Assembly (NCBI GenBank): GCA_017654855.1
Contig: CM030332.1
Span: 3,906,001-3,970,000 of the forward strand
Reading direction: 5' to 3'
From: Podospora anserina
Lineage: Eukaryota
DNA length: 64,000 nt
In this document: positions 35,347 through 47,576 of the stretch, piece after piece
How positions within the stretch are numbered: the first letter of the stretch is position 1
How the letters are laid out: every line of letters begins with the position of its first letter
Notes under the pieces: model-generated
What the model was told of the DNA's origin: nothing
The model's input: the letters and a program-made list of their open reading frames with translations, nothing else
Databases searched by the model: none
Program-made: the position numbers and the translations under genes

Positions 35347-38141
35347 GATTAGGTGGCCGACCCTGACGGCTTCGATACGTTGTTGACAGCTTTGACGGAC
35401 CCGAAGATTCGGCAACCATTGGCCTGCCGATCAACCCGGCGATCGGCAGGAACGGTGGGACGGTGTGGTTCGTTCGCGGGTGGGGCCGGATGTTGTGCGT
35501 TCTGTTCCACGGGAGCCCGCAGTTTGATGGCGGGACGCGGTGCGACGATGGATTTTGGCAGCGCAACAGAGACACCACCACACGTCTGAAATGGAGAAAC
35601 AAAAAAGAACAGCGGTCGATAAAGATTGAAACCGGTAGCCGGGTCAGATACAGGTAGGTAAACAACTGCTTGTCATGGATATCCCTCGAGATGAAACATA
35701 ATTGGTTCTGGATGGACCCCAAGAGCGCGGCGGCGGTGGGAAGACGGTGAGGAGGGATGTCGGGCGGTGACTCTCACCAGGCTGGCGACGGAAGCGAGCG
35801 CCGAATGATCCAAAATTCCGTCGACGAGCTGCACGGGCAGACTGTCAAACACTCGCCAGCAGAGAGCTTTCTCGTGATACCAGGCTCGGTCCGGGGAAGG
35901 GTGTCGCACGATGCTGATCCAGGCGCGCTCTTCGTTTCTAGGGGGGGGGCCCAGGGGTTGAAACAAAGTCCAATGTTTCCTGTTTGCTCAGCACGGGGGT
36001 GTGTCTGCTGTCGTTATCGTGAACTTCCAGGTGGGGATGGATGAAAATTGCCTGGATGATGAGAAATACCCAAAGAGAAAACACCACCGTCCTCCGGTAG
36101 ACAAGAAGAGAAACGGAGAGATAATGATGGAGAAAGCAAAGAGAAAAGAAGACCACCGACAGGGCGGTTTTCGAGAGAGGAAGAACAGCAAACTCAGCGT
36201 TGCGTTCCGCTCCACTCGCGCACTATTGACAGGCGGCGCATTTACTCAGTGCTTCTGGTTCCTGACTGGGAGACCAGGCGTGCCCTGCACCGGCGTGGCA
36301 CACACACTCACCCCGACGCTACCCACGGGCGCCATCGAGGGCCCCTGCGATGCCATCTCATCTTCCCCCATTGTTGACTATTTCTCCGTACAGTCCCCAT
36401 TTGTCATTTCAATTCCTCGCTGATATGTAAAGGCCTCGACTTGGCTTCTCGTGGGGAAGTGGCAGGGGAAAACCTGGATCTGGCTCGTTTGCGCACCGTA
36501 CCGTCCATCTCCGTAAATTGCAATTCTTATTTTCTCTGGAAAAAACCCGGTTGCACTCTCGGGCCCTGGCCTGTGTGCCACTGGGAGGGATTCCGTCATG
36601 CGAGCCGACGTTGAAATGAACCGTTTTCGGCCCACAACCGATCCAACGCAGAGCGGACGGTAGCTACCTAGCAATTGACGAAGAGAGGGGCCACGGAGAG
36701 ACGGGGTTTGTCGTGAGAAGAATATCTGATTGCTCATCATCACCTCGGCTGCGCAAAAACGATCCTTCTTCTTCTTCTTCTTCTTCTTCATCACAGTCCA
36801 GAAGAAAAGATCCAGATGCGGGACATGGCGTCTGCTAGTTGGTCTTGGCACGCAGCTGCTGCTCTGTGCCATCGCTAAGACGGAACGGAAACCCCACATA
36901 TCCAGCAACGTCCCTTGTCCACGTTTTTCTCTATCAACCATGTATATATAAAAGGGGGTCATTAATTGTACATACAATTGCAGAGTCTCACGGTAAATCT
37001 ACAACACCATGAAGAAAACTGACGATAGCTGCTCTAGAGACGGACATGTTGACTCAGCGGCCTGGTTATCTCTCTACATGTGACCTTTCTGCACACACAC
37101 GGACCTGAACTGGCCAAAAAATCAATACATGGATTGGAACCTGCAGGCCATCTGCAGCTTCCCCTTTCCAGCACGTGTTGCTCGATTAGCCGTAATAAAT
37201 CGCTTCTGCTCGGCTATGTCTGTGCGTGCGGCGAGCATCTTGTGAAATGGAAAGGGATCCCCAGCTTTGATCTCATGGAGAACTTCAACCTTGACCATTC
37301 TCCCATCGTCCCAACTCTCTCAGAGAAAGCATCATGACCTCCCAAACTCTAATTCCGCTCCCGCTCCCGCTCCCGGTGGTTATGATCAGCAAGCCACCAC
37401 GTCCACGAAGCCATCTGTGTCTAGTGCCAGCTTGATTCATTGGTCACTGGATGCTACTCGCTGCACATATGCTTCCACGAGGCGTCGATATTACCTTATT
37501 CATTCGACAAGTCATTCCAACCAGTCAGCTCCCGACTCGGGCTTTGCTATAAGGTCCAACACCGCTCAGCACTGCTTTTCATTGCAGCGTTGTACCTTGA
37601 ACGCAACAGTGGTGGCTTACGATGCTGACAAGGAAGATGTAGGCTGACCATCAGCTGTATCCGAAATGATTCCCCGGGCAAAGGAAGCGCTAGCAGACGT
37701 TATCGTGAGAACAAAGGAACGTCATCGGCATGGGCAACCCCGACGGGAGAAATGGGCCTTTTCCACCTCCCAAGAAACGCTACCTACCCTACGGCGGCGT
37801 GGCCTGTGGGTTGTGGGCTGTGGGCTACGTTATCGTTGGTGGTTCCAGCTGATCGAGACAGACTTCCTGCCACCTCACGGCAGTTGTTGGCTCCTTCCTT
37901 CGCTCCTTCGTGCGCATAACCCGCCAAGACACGGAGTCTTTACACTCAGCCTTGCAAATCGAAGACCCCGAGTTCCAGGTTGCCATTCTTGTTTTGTGTT
38001 TCGTTGTCGTTCTTTTTTTTTTCTTCCTTTCTTCTCTACATCTACCGTCCGCACCTGATCTGCAACCTAACCTGCAGGCAAGCTTCACCTCTAGCCTGAT
38101 CCTACTCATCTCTGCCGCAGCCGCCAAAAAAAAACAAACCC

Positions 38142-39090
38142 ATGGCTCGCAATCCCTTCAAGTTCGGCACCGACCTCTGGGATCCGTCCCATCGGTTCGA
38201 AACCTCGTGGATTCTATCTCCCTGGGCCCTCTTCTTTTGCCGTGCGCTCATTGTACGTTAAGTTCCCACGTTTTCCCCAGCATTTTCCCCACGAAATCTA
38301 CAGCTTCCATCCCGGACACGCATGGATCAAACTGACTCGCAATTCCACTTCGATTTAATAGTCCCTCTACGCCTTCACAACCCTCATCTTCGTCCTCGCC
38401 TACCAGTGCATCAACTCGCCCAACCACTGCGGCGCCTCCCAAGCCCAATTCAGCTACTTCACCTCGCTCACCTACTGGGGCATAGCCTTTTACTTTTTGT
38501 TCGCCGCCATCCACACCTTCACCTACGCCCGCACCGGCCGCCCCTTGCTCGACCGCTTCCCTCGATTCTTGCAGGCGCTCCACTCGGCCTTTTACACCAC
38601 CATTGTCGTCTACCCTTTTGTCGTCACTATTGTCTACTGGGCCCGTTTGTTCGACGGCCGTTGGTACAAACTCGCCTATGAAGGCTGGTCCAACATCTCG
38701 CAGCACGCGCTGAACAGCGTGTTTGCCTTTTTTGAGATTGTCATCCCGAGAACCGACACCCCGCCGCCGCTGCACATCCTGTGGCTGATTTTTGTGCTGG
38801 CGCTGTATCTGGCGCTGGCCTATGTGACGGAGGCGACCAAGGGGTTTTACACCTATGATTTCTTGGACCCGAAGAAGCAGAAGGCGTGGGTGGTGGTGTA
38901 TGTCTTTGGGATCGCGATTGGGTGTGTGATTTTGTTTGGGGTTGCTTGGGCGTTGATCAGGCTGAGAAAATGGGTTGCTGAGACGAAACTGGGGATGGAG
39001 GGCAAGTTTGCGGGGGTGAAGAGGGAGAAGGGGTTGGTGGAGAGGGAGATTGGGGGGAAGGAGGCTATTGCTTTGAGGGAGGATGTGTAA
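38142..39090 (+). CDS. integral membrane protein, FAR-17a/AIG1-like; intron ~38254-38361
   Basis: Exon 1 MARNPFKFGTDLWDPSHRFETSW..; FSYFTSLTYWG, VTIVYW, SQHALNSVF, GFYTYDFLDP; about 6 TM segments. Confidence 0.8.
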
Positions 39091-39791
39091 TCTTGAGGTA
39101 TGGTTACCTAGGCTAAAAAAAGGGTTTCTAGCCATTCTTTCATGTCTCTCTTCTTGGCTGGTCTGGGGGGTGTTTGGTCGTTATCGGTCTCTTTCTCCAT
39201 CATTGAAGGCGTTTTGATTGTTACTGTGTGTGTGATGGTATGGGGAAGGAAAACAGGAGATACCCGCTTTTGTGTGTTGCATATATGTGTATGATCCCTG
39301 GGTGGACATGAGTTAGATATCAATGTGTGGTAATTTATTTACGACAGGAATGAGTGGTTGGTGAGGACTGCAGCCTTGTCATATGTTTGTGATGTACTCG
39401 GAGGGGGTGTGAGTACAGCATGTGGCTGGCGAGCACTTGCACAGCACAACAAGGGTGGGCAAGACATTGATATTTCTCGGAACCAATTTCCGACGCCGTT
39501 ACGGTGTAACGAGCAGGCTGGCTGTTGTGTACGTGCATGACGTGGGTAAGTGCCGGGCTTGACTTGACCGAGCACCCGGGGCAAACTTGTTCTCTTTGTA
39601 CGATATCACAAGGTCGTAGTTTCCCACGCTCGGTGAGCATTCAAACTGGCACCTGTCCATGTCAAATATGTCAATATCTTACAGCCTCCAATTCAAGACC
39701 AGCTTTGTATACACAAACCAAAACCTCATCCGGGAATTACAACAACGCTATACTTTTGAACGGCCCACTCCCCCTTGTGACGCGTCCTCAA

Positions 39792-41876
39792 TCAACACTT
39801 CAAGTTGATCCCCCGTCTCAGCTCCCCCTGCCTAATCTCAAACATGACCTGTATCCCCACAAACAGCGCCGTACACGCCGTGACCAAAAACACCAGTCCT
39901 ATATCTTTTGTCAGCATCCCATTTCCCCATCATAACGTGTGTCACATACCAGAATAATCCCTAAAAACCCCACTGATAATCGCCTTGAGCCCATCCTACA
40001 CACACACACACACACATCAGTTAGCATCCCCTCTATCATCCCAAACAAAATCACAACAAAGTACTCACCAACCCAACCGCAAACCCCACCAAATTCGCCG
40101 AAATCATCATCAGCACATTGCCCACCCCCCCCAACCCACAAAGCCACCTATAAGTCCTCTCCCTTCCTTTAAAATCTTCCTTCCTCACCAGCAGTCCCGC
40201 CACAATCTCCGGTATAAAAAACAACACCACCAACCACCCCCAAATCAGCAAATTCAGCTTGATGTCATGCCACAGCGCCACAAACGTAAAAACAACCAAA
40301 TACGTCACCACCGTCCTCACCCCCTGCCCCAAAGACCTGAAGCTTGACCCCCCCAGCGGAATATAAATATACCGCAGCAGCCACCGATAATAACTCCTAT
40401 GCCACCCCCGCCAAAACGACAAGGCCGAGTAATTATTCGACATGCACCTCAGCATGTTCTCCGGTGGATCAATCCCATCAACCAACGACCAGAGTCGAAA
40501 GAATCTCCAGGGAAGGAGGAGCTTAAGCCAGACGATGTGCAGGTTGAAGTATGACAACAGAGAGATCTGAGCGGGCGTGTAAGTCGACCATTCAGGGCGT
40601 GACTTGCTTATCGCGCCGACATAGTCGTAGTGAAGCACCAGCTCCATGCAGAGCAGCACCAGCAGAAACCGAACCGCATACTTCCACGTTCGTGCCGAAG
40701 AAATCGTCGCTGATCGGTACCGCGACTGCGAGATGTAATCGTTGAACGTAATAATCGGACCCGTCAGATACAGCGGCGCATAAACCGCATACCCGACATA
40801 GTTCCTGAAGCTGTAATCACCCTTTTGAGCCGGCAGGGCAATCCGGTCTCGCTCAGAGAGGTTGGACAGGTCGAGGTTCTTCTTCTTATGCGTGTCAGCA
40901 TCTCTCTAACAGGGTGAACACAACGAACAAAACATACCTCAACCACCCCCCCCACCGTATTCCTACCATCCAAACTCCAGTAATAATCCAAACTAAAACT
41001 AACCAGCCTCAAAACTGTGATATTAAACAAAATCTCCCACCTCCCCATCAACCCCCCAAACCCATCCATCCACTCCCCCAACCTCACCACCGCCGGCAGG
41101 TCAACAACCATATTCTTCCTGTCAATCCCCAACGTGCCCGTCACCAGTCGGGCAACATACCCAAACCTATACCCCGAACAAACCTCATTCGCAAACAAGG
41201 TACATATATTAAAAACCCACGTCCCAACCGGCACATACCTCCTCGGCAACCCCTTCGCAATCGCATAATTCCCCGCCAGTATCACCAACACCTTGATCGC
41301 CGAGAAACCATGCAAAATCACCAAAAAAACCAGCGCAAACACAAAATCAAACGATGTCCGCTGACGAAACCGCATTTCCACCCCTTCGGCACTGTTTTCT
41401 TTTACCTCACCCCTTGTGGTGACCATGTTGTACGCTCTCCTGAGTAAAGGGTGAAAAAGTAACAATGCAGCCATGGCGGGGAGGTTCCGCCTGAATGTTC
41501 TGTATTGGGCGTCTGAATTGTCGATTTTGCGGCCTGGGATCCAGCCTTCTGACAGAAAACGCTCGAACTTGGGGTAGCGGGGGTCCGAGGGGCGGGAGAC
41601 GGAGTAGGCGACGTAGAACATGGAGGGGACGGCGAGGAGGAAGACGAGGTAGTAGAGGTAGAATTCGGGGGTTTTCCACTTGGGGGGTGAGGCTCCATTG
41701 GTGGGGGGTTTGGGGGAGGTTGAGTCCCGTCGTTTATCGGGGGAACGGGCTTCGAGGGGGCGGTAGGGGACGCCCGAGGGGGTGGTGAAGCGGGTGTCGA
41801 GGGTGTCGAGGGTGTAGATTTTTCGGAGGAGGGCCAGCGGGCCGGTGCCGCTGCCGCTGCCACCGTTCGGCGCCAT
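39792..41876 (-). CDS. GUP1: MBOAT O-acyltransferase, glycerol uptake protein Gup1-like; three introns (~40885-40937, ~39996-40066, ~39900-39948)
   Basis: GWIPGRKIDNSDAQYRTFR, RWEILFNITVLRLVSF, YAPLYLTGPIITFNDY, PPENMLRCMSNNYS..FWRGWHRSY, FTFVALWHD. Confidence 0.93.
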
Positions 41877-42699
41877 GGTTGCCGTCACGGTTGGAGGGGA
41901 TCGTTTGTTGTCGTCGAGTGGTGATGGGGGATGGAGGTGGTGGTTATATCATTTCCGCCCTTTGATTCGGAATCTTAAAGGCGTAAAATGCCAATGGCAA
42001 CTAAAGTAAACGACTGTGCTGAAGAAGACTGATGGATTTTTCAAAGAAAAAAGAGTGGCTGTAGTCGGTTAAGGTAAAAAGTGTCGAGAAATGGTGGTCA
42101 GAGGACATTCGTCTCGAGTTGCCCGGCTCCGTGTCTGTTCACAGGGGCGCGGTTGATGGTGTCAGCTGGAGCCCGCCAACGGTGGAACCGCGGTCCAGCC
42201 GTTGTGTTACGGTTTGTGGGGTCGGTTGCCGCCGGCTGTGTTGAGCTGGGGGGCGCACTGACCACTTTTTGACCCCTTTCTTGATGTTGCCCCTGAGCCC
42301 CTTTTTTTGTTTTGGTGATGGTGAGGTTGTTATGGAACAGGCGGCGCGAAAAAAAGAAAAAAAAGGTGAAAATAGCTGGGATCTTTTGGTGTTTTGGACT
42401 GTTGAGGTCGGGAAAAATCTTTTTGGTCGGTGTTGGTGGGCAAATGTTGCGATGTTTTGAAATTGGGCAGCTGTGGAAGTGGATGTATGGGTCGGAGTGG
42501 TGAATAACTTCAAGCTGGGATTTGTTATTTTGTTGGTTATTTGGGATATAAAGTTGAGCACCCAAAAGTGTTTAGTGTTGGAAGGTGCATGAGCTGGCTT
42601 TGCTACACCTGAAGCCCAAGAAGTGAGTGCCCCAAGCAGTGCAAGAGCATGTGTGAAAGTTGAAGCGGCAATATATAACCTCGGTTTTCTGCGTCAACA

Positions 42700-43211
42700 A
42701 TTGCTCCTCGTGTCTGATTCACAATCATATCGCACGATGGCTGATGGTCATGTGGTCTTCGACATGATCGTGAACCAGATACGAGCAGTGTTTTGCTTGG
42801 AATCTCACCTCGAACCGTCGGGAGTTCGAGCGCAGCCTCGTTTCTTTTTCTTTTTCTGCATCAGTATCATGACCGGCGTATGCCAAAGAAAGAGCACGAA
42901 GGATACAGTCCCCTATCTCAAACAAGAAGGTATTCTCTGCATAGGATTAAAAGGCGCAGTTGTTTATGATGATGCATCCTTTAACCCCATGTAGAGAATG
43001 TTTTGCTCTTCCCACCAGAACCCCAATGTCAAGTCGATGGGTTCGAAACGTCGACCGATCATCATCTGTCCATTTCTTATGCCCTCGAGTCTTTGCTTCG
43101 GGCTTAAGAGCACCCCCGCCCCGCCATATAGCCTTCGTTTCCTGCCCAATTACTATCGTTGCATTTGGTTTATGGCCAAGTAGCACGACCAAATGCCGGG
43201 GTGTGTTTTTT
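42700..43211 (+). ncRNA. candidate large structured ncRNA, unidentified
   Basis: At least six hairpins of 7-15 bp whose G-U pairs favour the + strand; no credible ORF; ends in a T6 run. Confidence 0.45.
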
Positions 43212-43499
43212 GTTGATTTTGAAGACTGCTCTGCTAATACGATCGTGTTCAAAACGTTCGCTGAGCGCTGTTCCTTTTTTCCTCCACACAGCCCGGACAC
43301 ACTCCCACATCTTTATTATGCACCAGCACAGTTAGGTATCGTTAGTCACATCAGCTCCTTTTCCTGCACCTCAAAGCCACCAACAATCACTTACTCCACC
43401 CCCACAGCAACAAGGCCTTTCAACCAAATAATTTCATTCATTCTTCCCTTCATATACTCATCAATCATACTATTTACACCACCCCCTCTCCCCATCCCT

Positions 43500-45130
43500 C
43501 TACGCCCCCATAACCCCATAACTCCTCACCCTCGAAAAGAAAAAAGGCTTATCATTCCTCAGCGTAAACTCAGCCCAATCATCCGTCAGCCTATTCCAGC
43601 TATAAAACCCCCTCCAAGCCAACTTATTATTCCTCGCCCCCTTCCCCGCGCTCTTCAGCGTCAGATCCAACCTGTACACATACTTACTCACCCCCTCCGT
43701 CTCCACCATCACATCCCCTTCAACCTCGCTCAGACTAGCCCCCGGGTTATCCCCCGCCCTCGCCAACCTCCACCTCCCCTTTAGCGCTGACTCCATCACA
43801 TGCCCCGAATGGTGGGAGGCATAAGTCTCACGGGTAAGGTGGTGAACCACATCGTTTGGTTCCGCTGTAGTCAACAGTGACAAACAAGTCCCGTCCCGGA
43901 AAAATCGTAGGTACCGGTAGTACGTCACGACATGAATCGGCGCCCCCCAAGTGATACTGTTCGAATTAGCCATCCCGCTCCGGACGTAGTTCACAGTGCT
44001 GATATAACACCCATTAAACCTCAACCTCGGACGAAGACGGAACATCCGTTGCCAACTCGACCCGTAAAGGCTGTTGAAAAACGCCAGCGTATTGGCTGTC
44101 GATTCATCAGCCAACTTCTCCGCCCGTTTCTCCAGGTCAAAAACTGGCACAACAAAACCATCTTCTTGTTCAGTCTCCGTTGGCGAAGTCGCACCGCTGC
44201 TCTGCGTAAACGCCTCCGCAGCAGCCGCCTCCTCAGCCGCCTCCCGCTCGAGATCCTCCTCGGCAAGCGGCTCCCAAGTGATCTGCCTCTGCCAGTGGTA
44301 GTGCATCCCCCCAAAACCAAACTCCACCCCCAAACAAATCCGCCGCCATATCCTATCCTCCGTCACGACCAAAAACGCAAACCGCTTGCATACCTGCGCC
44401 AGACGAACAAAGTCACCCACATCCGCAACAGCAACGTCACGGAGGATGTGAACAAGTATCTCATCAGGCAGGTTCGAAATCGGGCAGGGAGGCTGAGGCA
44501 TGCCCTCGATTTCTGGCGGCACCGGCTCAATACTCAAACCCGCAAAACTGGCGATGAGCTCCTTCATAGTCTGAGGCTGATCGGCTTTTGCATCCCCCGG
44601 TGCCGCAGCCGTAGAGGAATCCCCCGACTTTGGTGCTGCCATCTTTTGGGGAAATTTCGCCCTGGGGAAGTGCTTCGCTTTGTAGTTTTGATCGACTTGG
44701 TCGTCCATCTGAATGTTGGGTCAGCAGTCAGTTCCAGTTAGAGTGTAGGAGGAGCAAGACATACCCTAAACGCCTTTCTATACAGCCTCAAACTATCCCC
44801 CAAATTCCCCGCCGCCTCCCTTTCCACAGCCTTCTCATAATGCTCGAGAGCGGTGAATGGCTCCTTCTTAGTGGGCACAGCGGCAACTCCTGTAATTGTG
44901 GCCGGCTGTCCGGGTTCATCAAACACCTTTGTAGGCACATAATCCTCCTCATACTCCTTGGCGATCGGCTTCTTCGTAGGAGGAGGCGGCTTCCTCGACC
45001 CCGTCGATGGTCCAGCCGTAGCATGTTGATGCTGACGGGGGCGGTGTGACTGCTGATGTCTAGCCCTGACCTCAGCCCTCCACTGCTCCCTAAACGACTC
45101 AAGATCAGGGTTTGTCTCTGAAGATTCCAT
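43500..45130 (-). CDS. F-box protein, Hrt3/Pof7/FBXO9-like; intron 44709-44764
   Basis: LESFREQWRAEV, ALEHYEKAVEREAAGNLGDSLRLYRKAFR, F-box ISNLPDEILVHIL, RPRLRFNGCYIS, VTYYRYLRFFRDG. Confidence 0.92.
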
Positions 45131-45565
45131 TTTGTTCAACAAATGTGATGATGAGTGAGACTTGCAAATGCCGAGAGGTCCGTCCGTGTGGCGATTGTGA
45201 TGTCGACGACTTGGTCGGTTGAATTGAGGAAATGCAACCGGAAGAGAATCCAGTCTTGTAATAAAATAGGTAACTCAAACTAAAGATGGGCTCGTTCACC
45301 GCAAAATAATTCAAACAGTCATCGATTCAACGAAAGCGGTGATGTGCATATTTACGAGGAGGAGGTTGTGTCATTCGGCGAGCGGATGGGGATAAGAGTT
45401 CCGGCCGGCGCGATAAGCAAGCTTGGGCCACCCGCTGAAGATCGGAGTTACCACGCACTGTGACGTTCTGCCAAGCCTCCCGAGTTCTTTTGTGTCTTTG
45501 AATATCTTACAAAACAATGTCGCGGCTTTTGAAGAGCATGATGGCTGTTTTCCACATAAACCATC

Positions 45566-45591
45566 ACATATGACCATATTCAGGTGCCGAG
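45566..45591 (+). pseudogene. probable 5' fragment of a 5S rRNA gene
   Basis: ACATATGACCATATTCAGG resembles the ascomycete 5S start ACATACGACCATA (one C>T change); followed directly by TGCCGAG, which also begins the 3' 5S fragment. Confidence 0.5.
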
Positions 45592-45971
45592 ACATCCATT
45601 ACTCATCATCAGTGACACAACCAGACAGCACCCGCAGCCTTCTCCCCGAGTGTGACTCTTATATCTCGGAGGACAAAAGCCAAAGGCACCCATGTGCTCT
45701 CGAGCATGCGCCAGCCGCACCGAGTAAGCAAGTAGGTAAGTTGGTTGGAAGATCACACGTCAAGATAGACTGTCTAATGAACGCCAGGCAAAATGAACTA
45801 ACCCTGAATCGCACGGCTCTCACAAGAAAAGAATTCGCTCCACCTTTTGCTGACACAGCTTCAATAGCCCCTATTTACCCCTGAGCCAGATTCGTGTACA
45901 AGATGATCCATCGACACTAAGCCAACCAATCATACAGATCCTGAAGGCAACCTTGGCTTCCGGAGAGCCTC

Positions 45972-46585
45972 GTGCTCCCCGTGGAATTTGTTGTGTTTGG
46001 GAAACAATTGCTGTCAGAGGGTGATCAGAATGGCATCGACTTTTGCCTCAGCGCGGCGCCTGCGACCCCCGTCGGCAACTGCTTCTACCGGCACCTCACG
46101 CACTTGCTTGTCAACGAATCGGAAGCGGCCATCATGTCGGGCCGGGATAGGGACGAGGTCAACCAAGAGAGCTTGTCAACCATCGCACACGAGTTTCTAG
46201 ACCGTGGCATGAAGAATGTGGTCATCACGCTGGCCGCCAAGGGCGCGTTCTACGCCAATGCCGATGGCAGCGCTCACTACCCTACGTATAACGTTATCAT
46301 CAAGGACACCACCGGAGCAGGGTGAAGCTGGAACCCTTACAGGCACTGAGCTGCCTCCAGTTGTTCTGTACGAGCGCTAATAGGAACAGGGATACCTTTA
46401 CCGGGGCTTGTTCCTCAGACTACCTACGCCAAAAGGCCAAAGGGACTTGGGACATCAGAAGCGCTGTCGTTCGTGCAAACAAAGCTGCGGCAATTACCAT
46501 CATGAATGTCGGAGCGCAGGATGGCATCCCGTGGTCGGACGAGATAGATAGATTTGATGCTCCTCACAGTGAGGCTTCTATTTGA
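45972..46585 (+). pseudogene. 5'-truncated ribokinase (PfkB family) gene fragment; intron ~46322-46389
   Basis: C-terminal half only: THLLVNESEA, VVITLAAKGA, PfkB signature DTTGAG|DTFTGA, ANKAAAITI..GAQDGIPW; no N-terminal GGKGANQA region upstream; NxAP>SAAP and TLG>TLA changes. Confidence 0.8.
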
Positions 46586-47233
46586 GCGGGCAACAGACCA
46601 GGGCCTAGTGGTGCAAAATTGAACGAGGGAGAAACCGGGGACCAGAAACCGTTCAAAATATAGTTGGATGAATCCTTCAGTTATTTCAGCTTCTGAACTT
46701 AGATTTTGCTAGAGCTCCCCCATTATCTGCTCAATAACCTCTGCAGCACGCCGCTCTGTCCTCAAATCCTGCCAGTCCTTCCACGGGCGCACCGGGTGTA
46801 TAAAGTCGTAGCCATCCCTCCGCTCCGCCATCTTCCGGAAAACGGCCTGCATCCCTTGTTTTACGGCAAGGAGGTGCCGGATTTCCACACATCCTTGCCT
46901 TTCCACTTGCAGGGAACGGCGACGCCTAGCGTGGCAAAGTTTTTCTCTGTTGTGTGACGGTTGCGGTATCCATCTTGAGCTCACAGGAGAGCTAGTTTCT
47001 TTGTTCAACATCGCCCCTTTCAACAACAGCATCAAACAACAGCATCAAACCTCAGCAGAAATGTCTGGAGAATCCAACTTGAGAATAACCAGTCAAACGT
47101 ACACCTACTCGTTCTTCATGGGAATAGCATGCTTCACAGAACATATCGGACCTTCTAAGTAAGACCAAGAAACCAAGACTGTGACAAGCATCCTGTAACC
47201 GCATCTTAGAAGTATATTCTCCTCACCTTTAAA

Positions 47234-47287
47234 TGCCGAGCTAGTACTCAGATGGGTGACCACTGTGGAATCCTCAGTGTTGTGTGT
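47234..47287 (+). pseudogene. 3' half of a 5S rRNA gene followed by an oligo-T terminator
   Basis: GCCGAGCTAGTACTCAGATGGGTGACCACTGTGGAATCCTCAGTGTTGTGTGT then T-runs matches the ascomycete 5S 3' domain (TTAGTA..GGGTGACCAC..GAATCC..TGTTGTATGT); the 5' half is not adjacent. Confidence 0.85.
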
Positions 47288-47576
47288 TTTTGTTCTTTTT
47301 TGCTTTCTATCTTCTCTTCCATATAAACCTGAGATGGACCTCTTTTGCTTGCCATAGTCAGCAATTGCAACACAGCCTTCAGCCAGAAATATGAACTTGA
47401 CAATGCCTACTGTACATAGAAGAATCCAGAAAGCAGATGAAAAAAGTATACGGTCATAAAGGGAATCTATAGAGCAAGGCTTTTAGATACTTTTATCGTG
47501 ATTTCAAAACTACCAACACCACACGCCATGCCGATCCCGTTAGCTCATTGATTATTTCACTTTGAAAGCAACAGTC

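Noticed and set aside
35500-38100. Many 60-200 aa ORFs in the long divergent intergenic region
   Set aside because: Low-complexity promoter or UTR sequence with no domain-like content or consistent splice structure.
38248-39135. Antisense ORF beginning MARNPF, the same six residues as the sense gene
   Set aside because: The codons differ at several positions, there is no extended inverted repeat, and the rest is an antisense shadow; treated as coincidence.
42901-43112. RNase MRP, U3 or telomerase RNA identity for the structured region
   Set aside because: ACAGTCCCC, CATAGGAT and TAACCCC are only partial matches; the partner P4 strand, the U3 boxes and a full TAACCCTAA template are absent.
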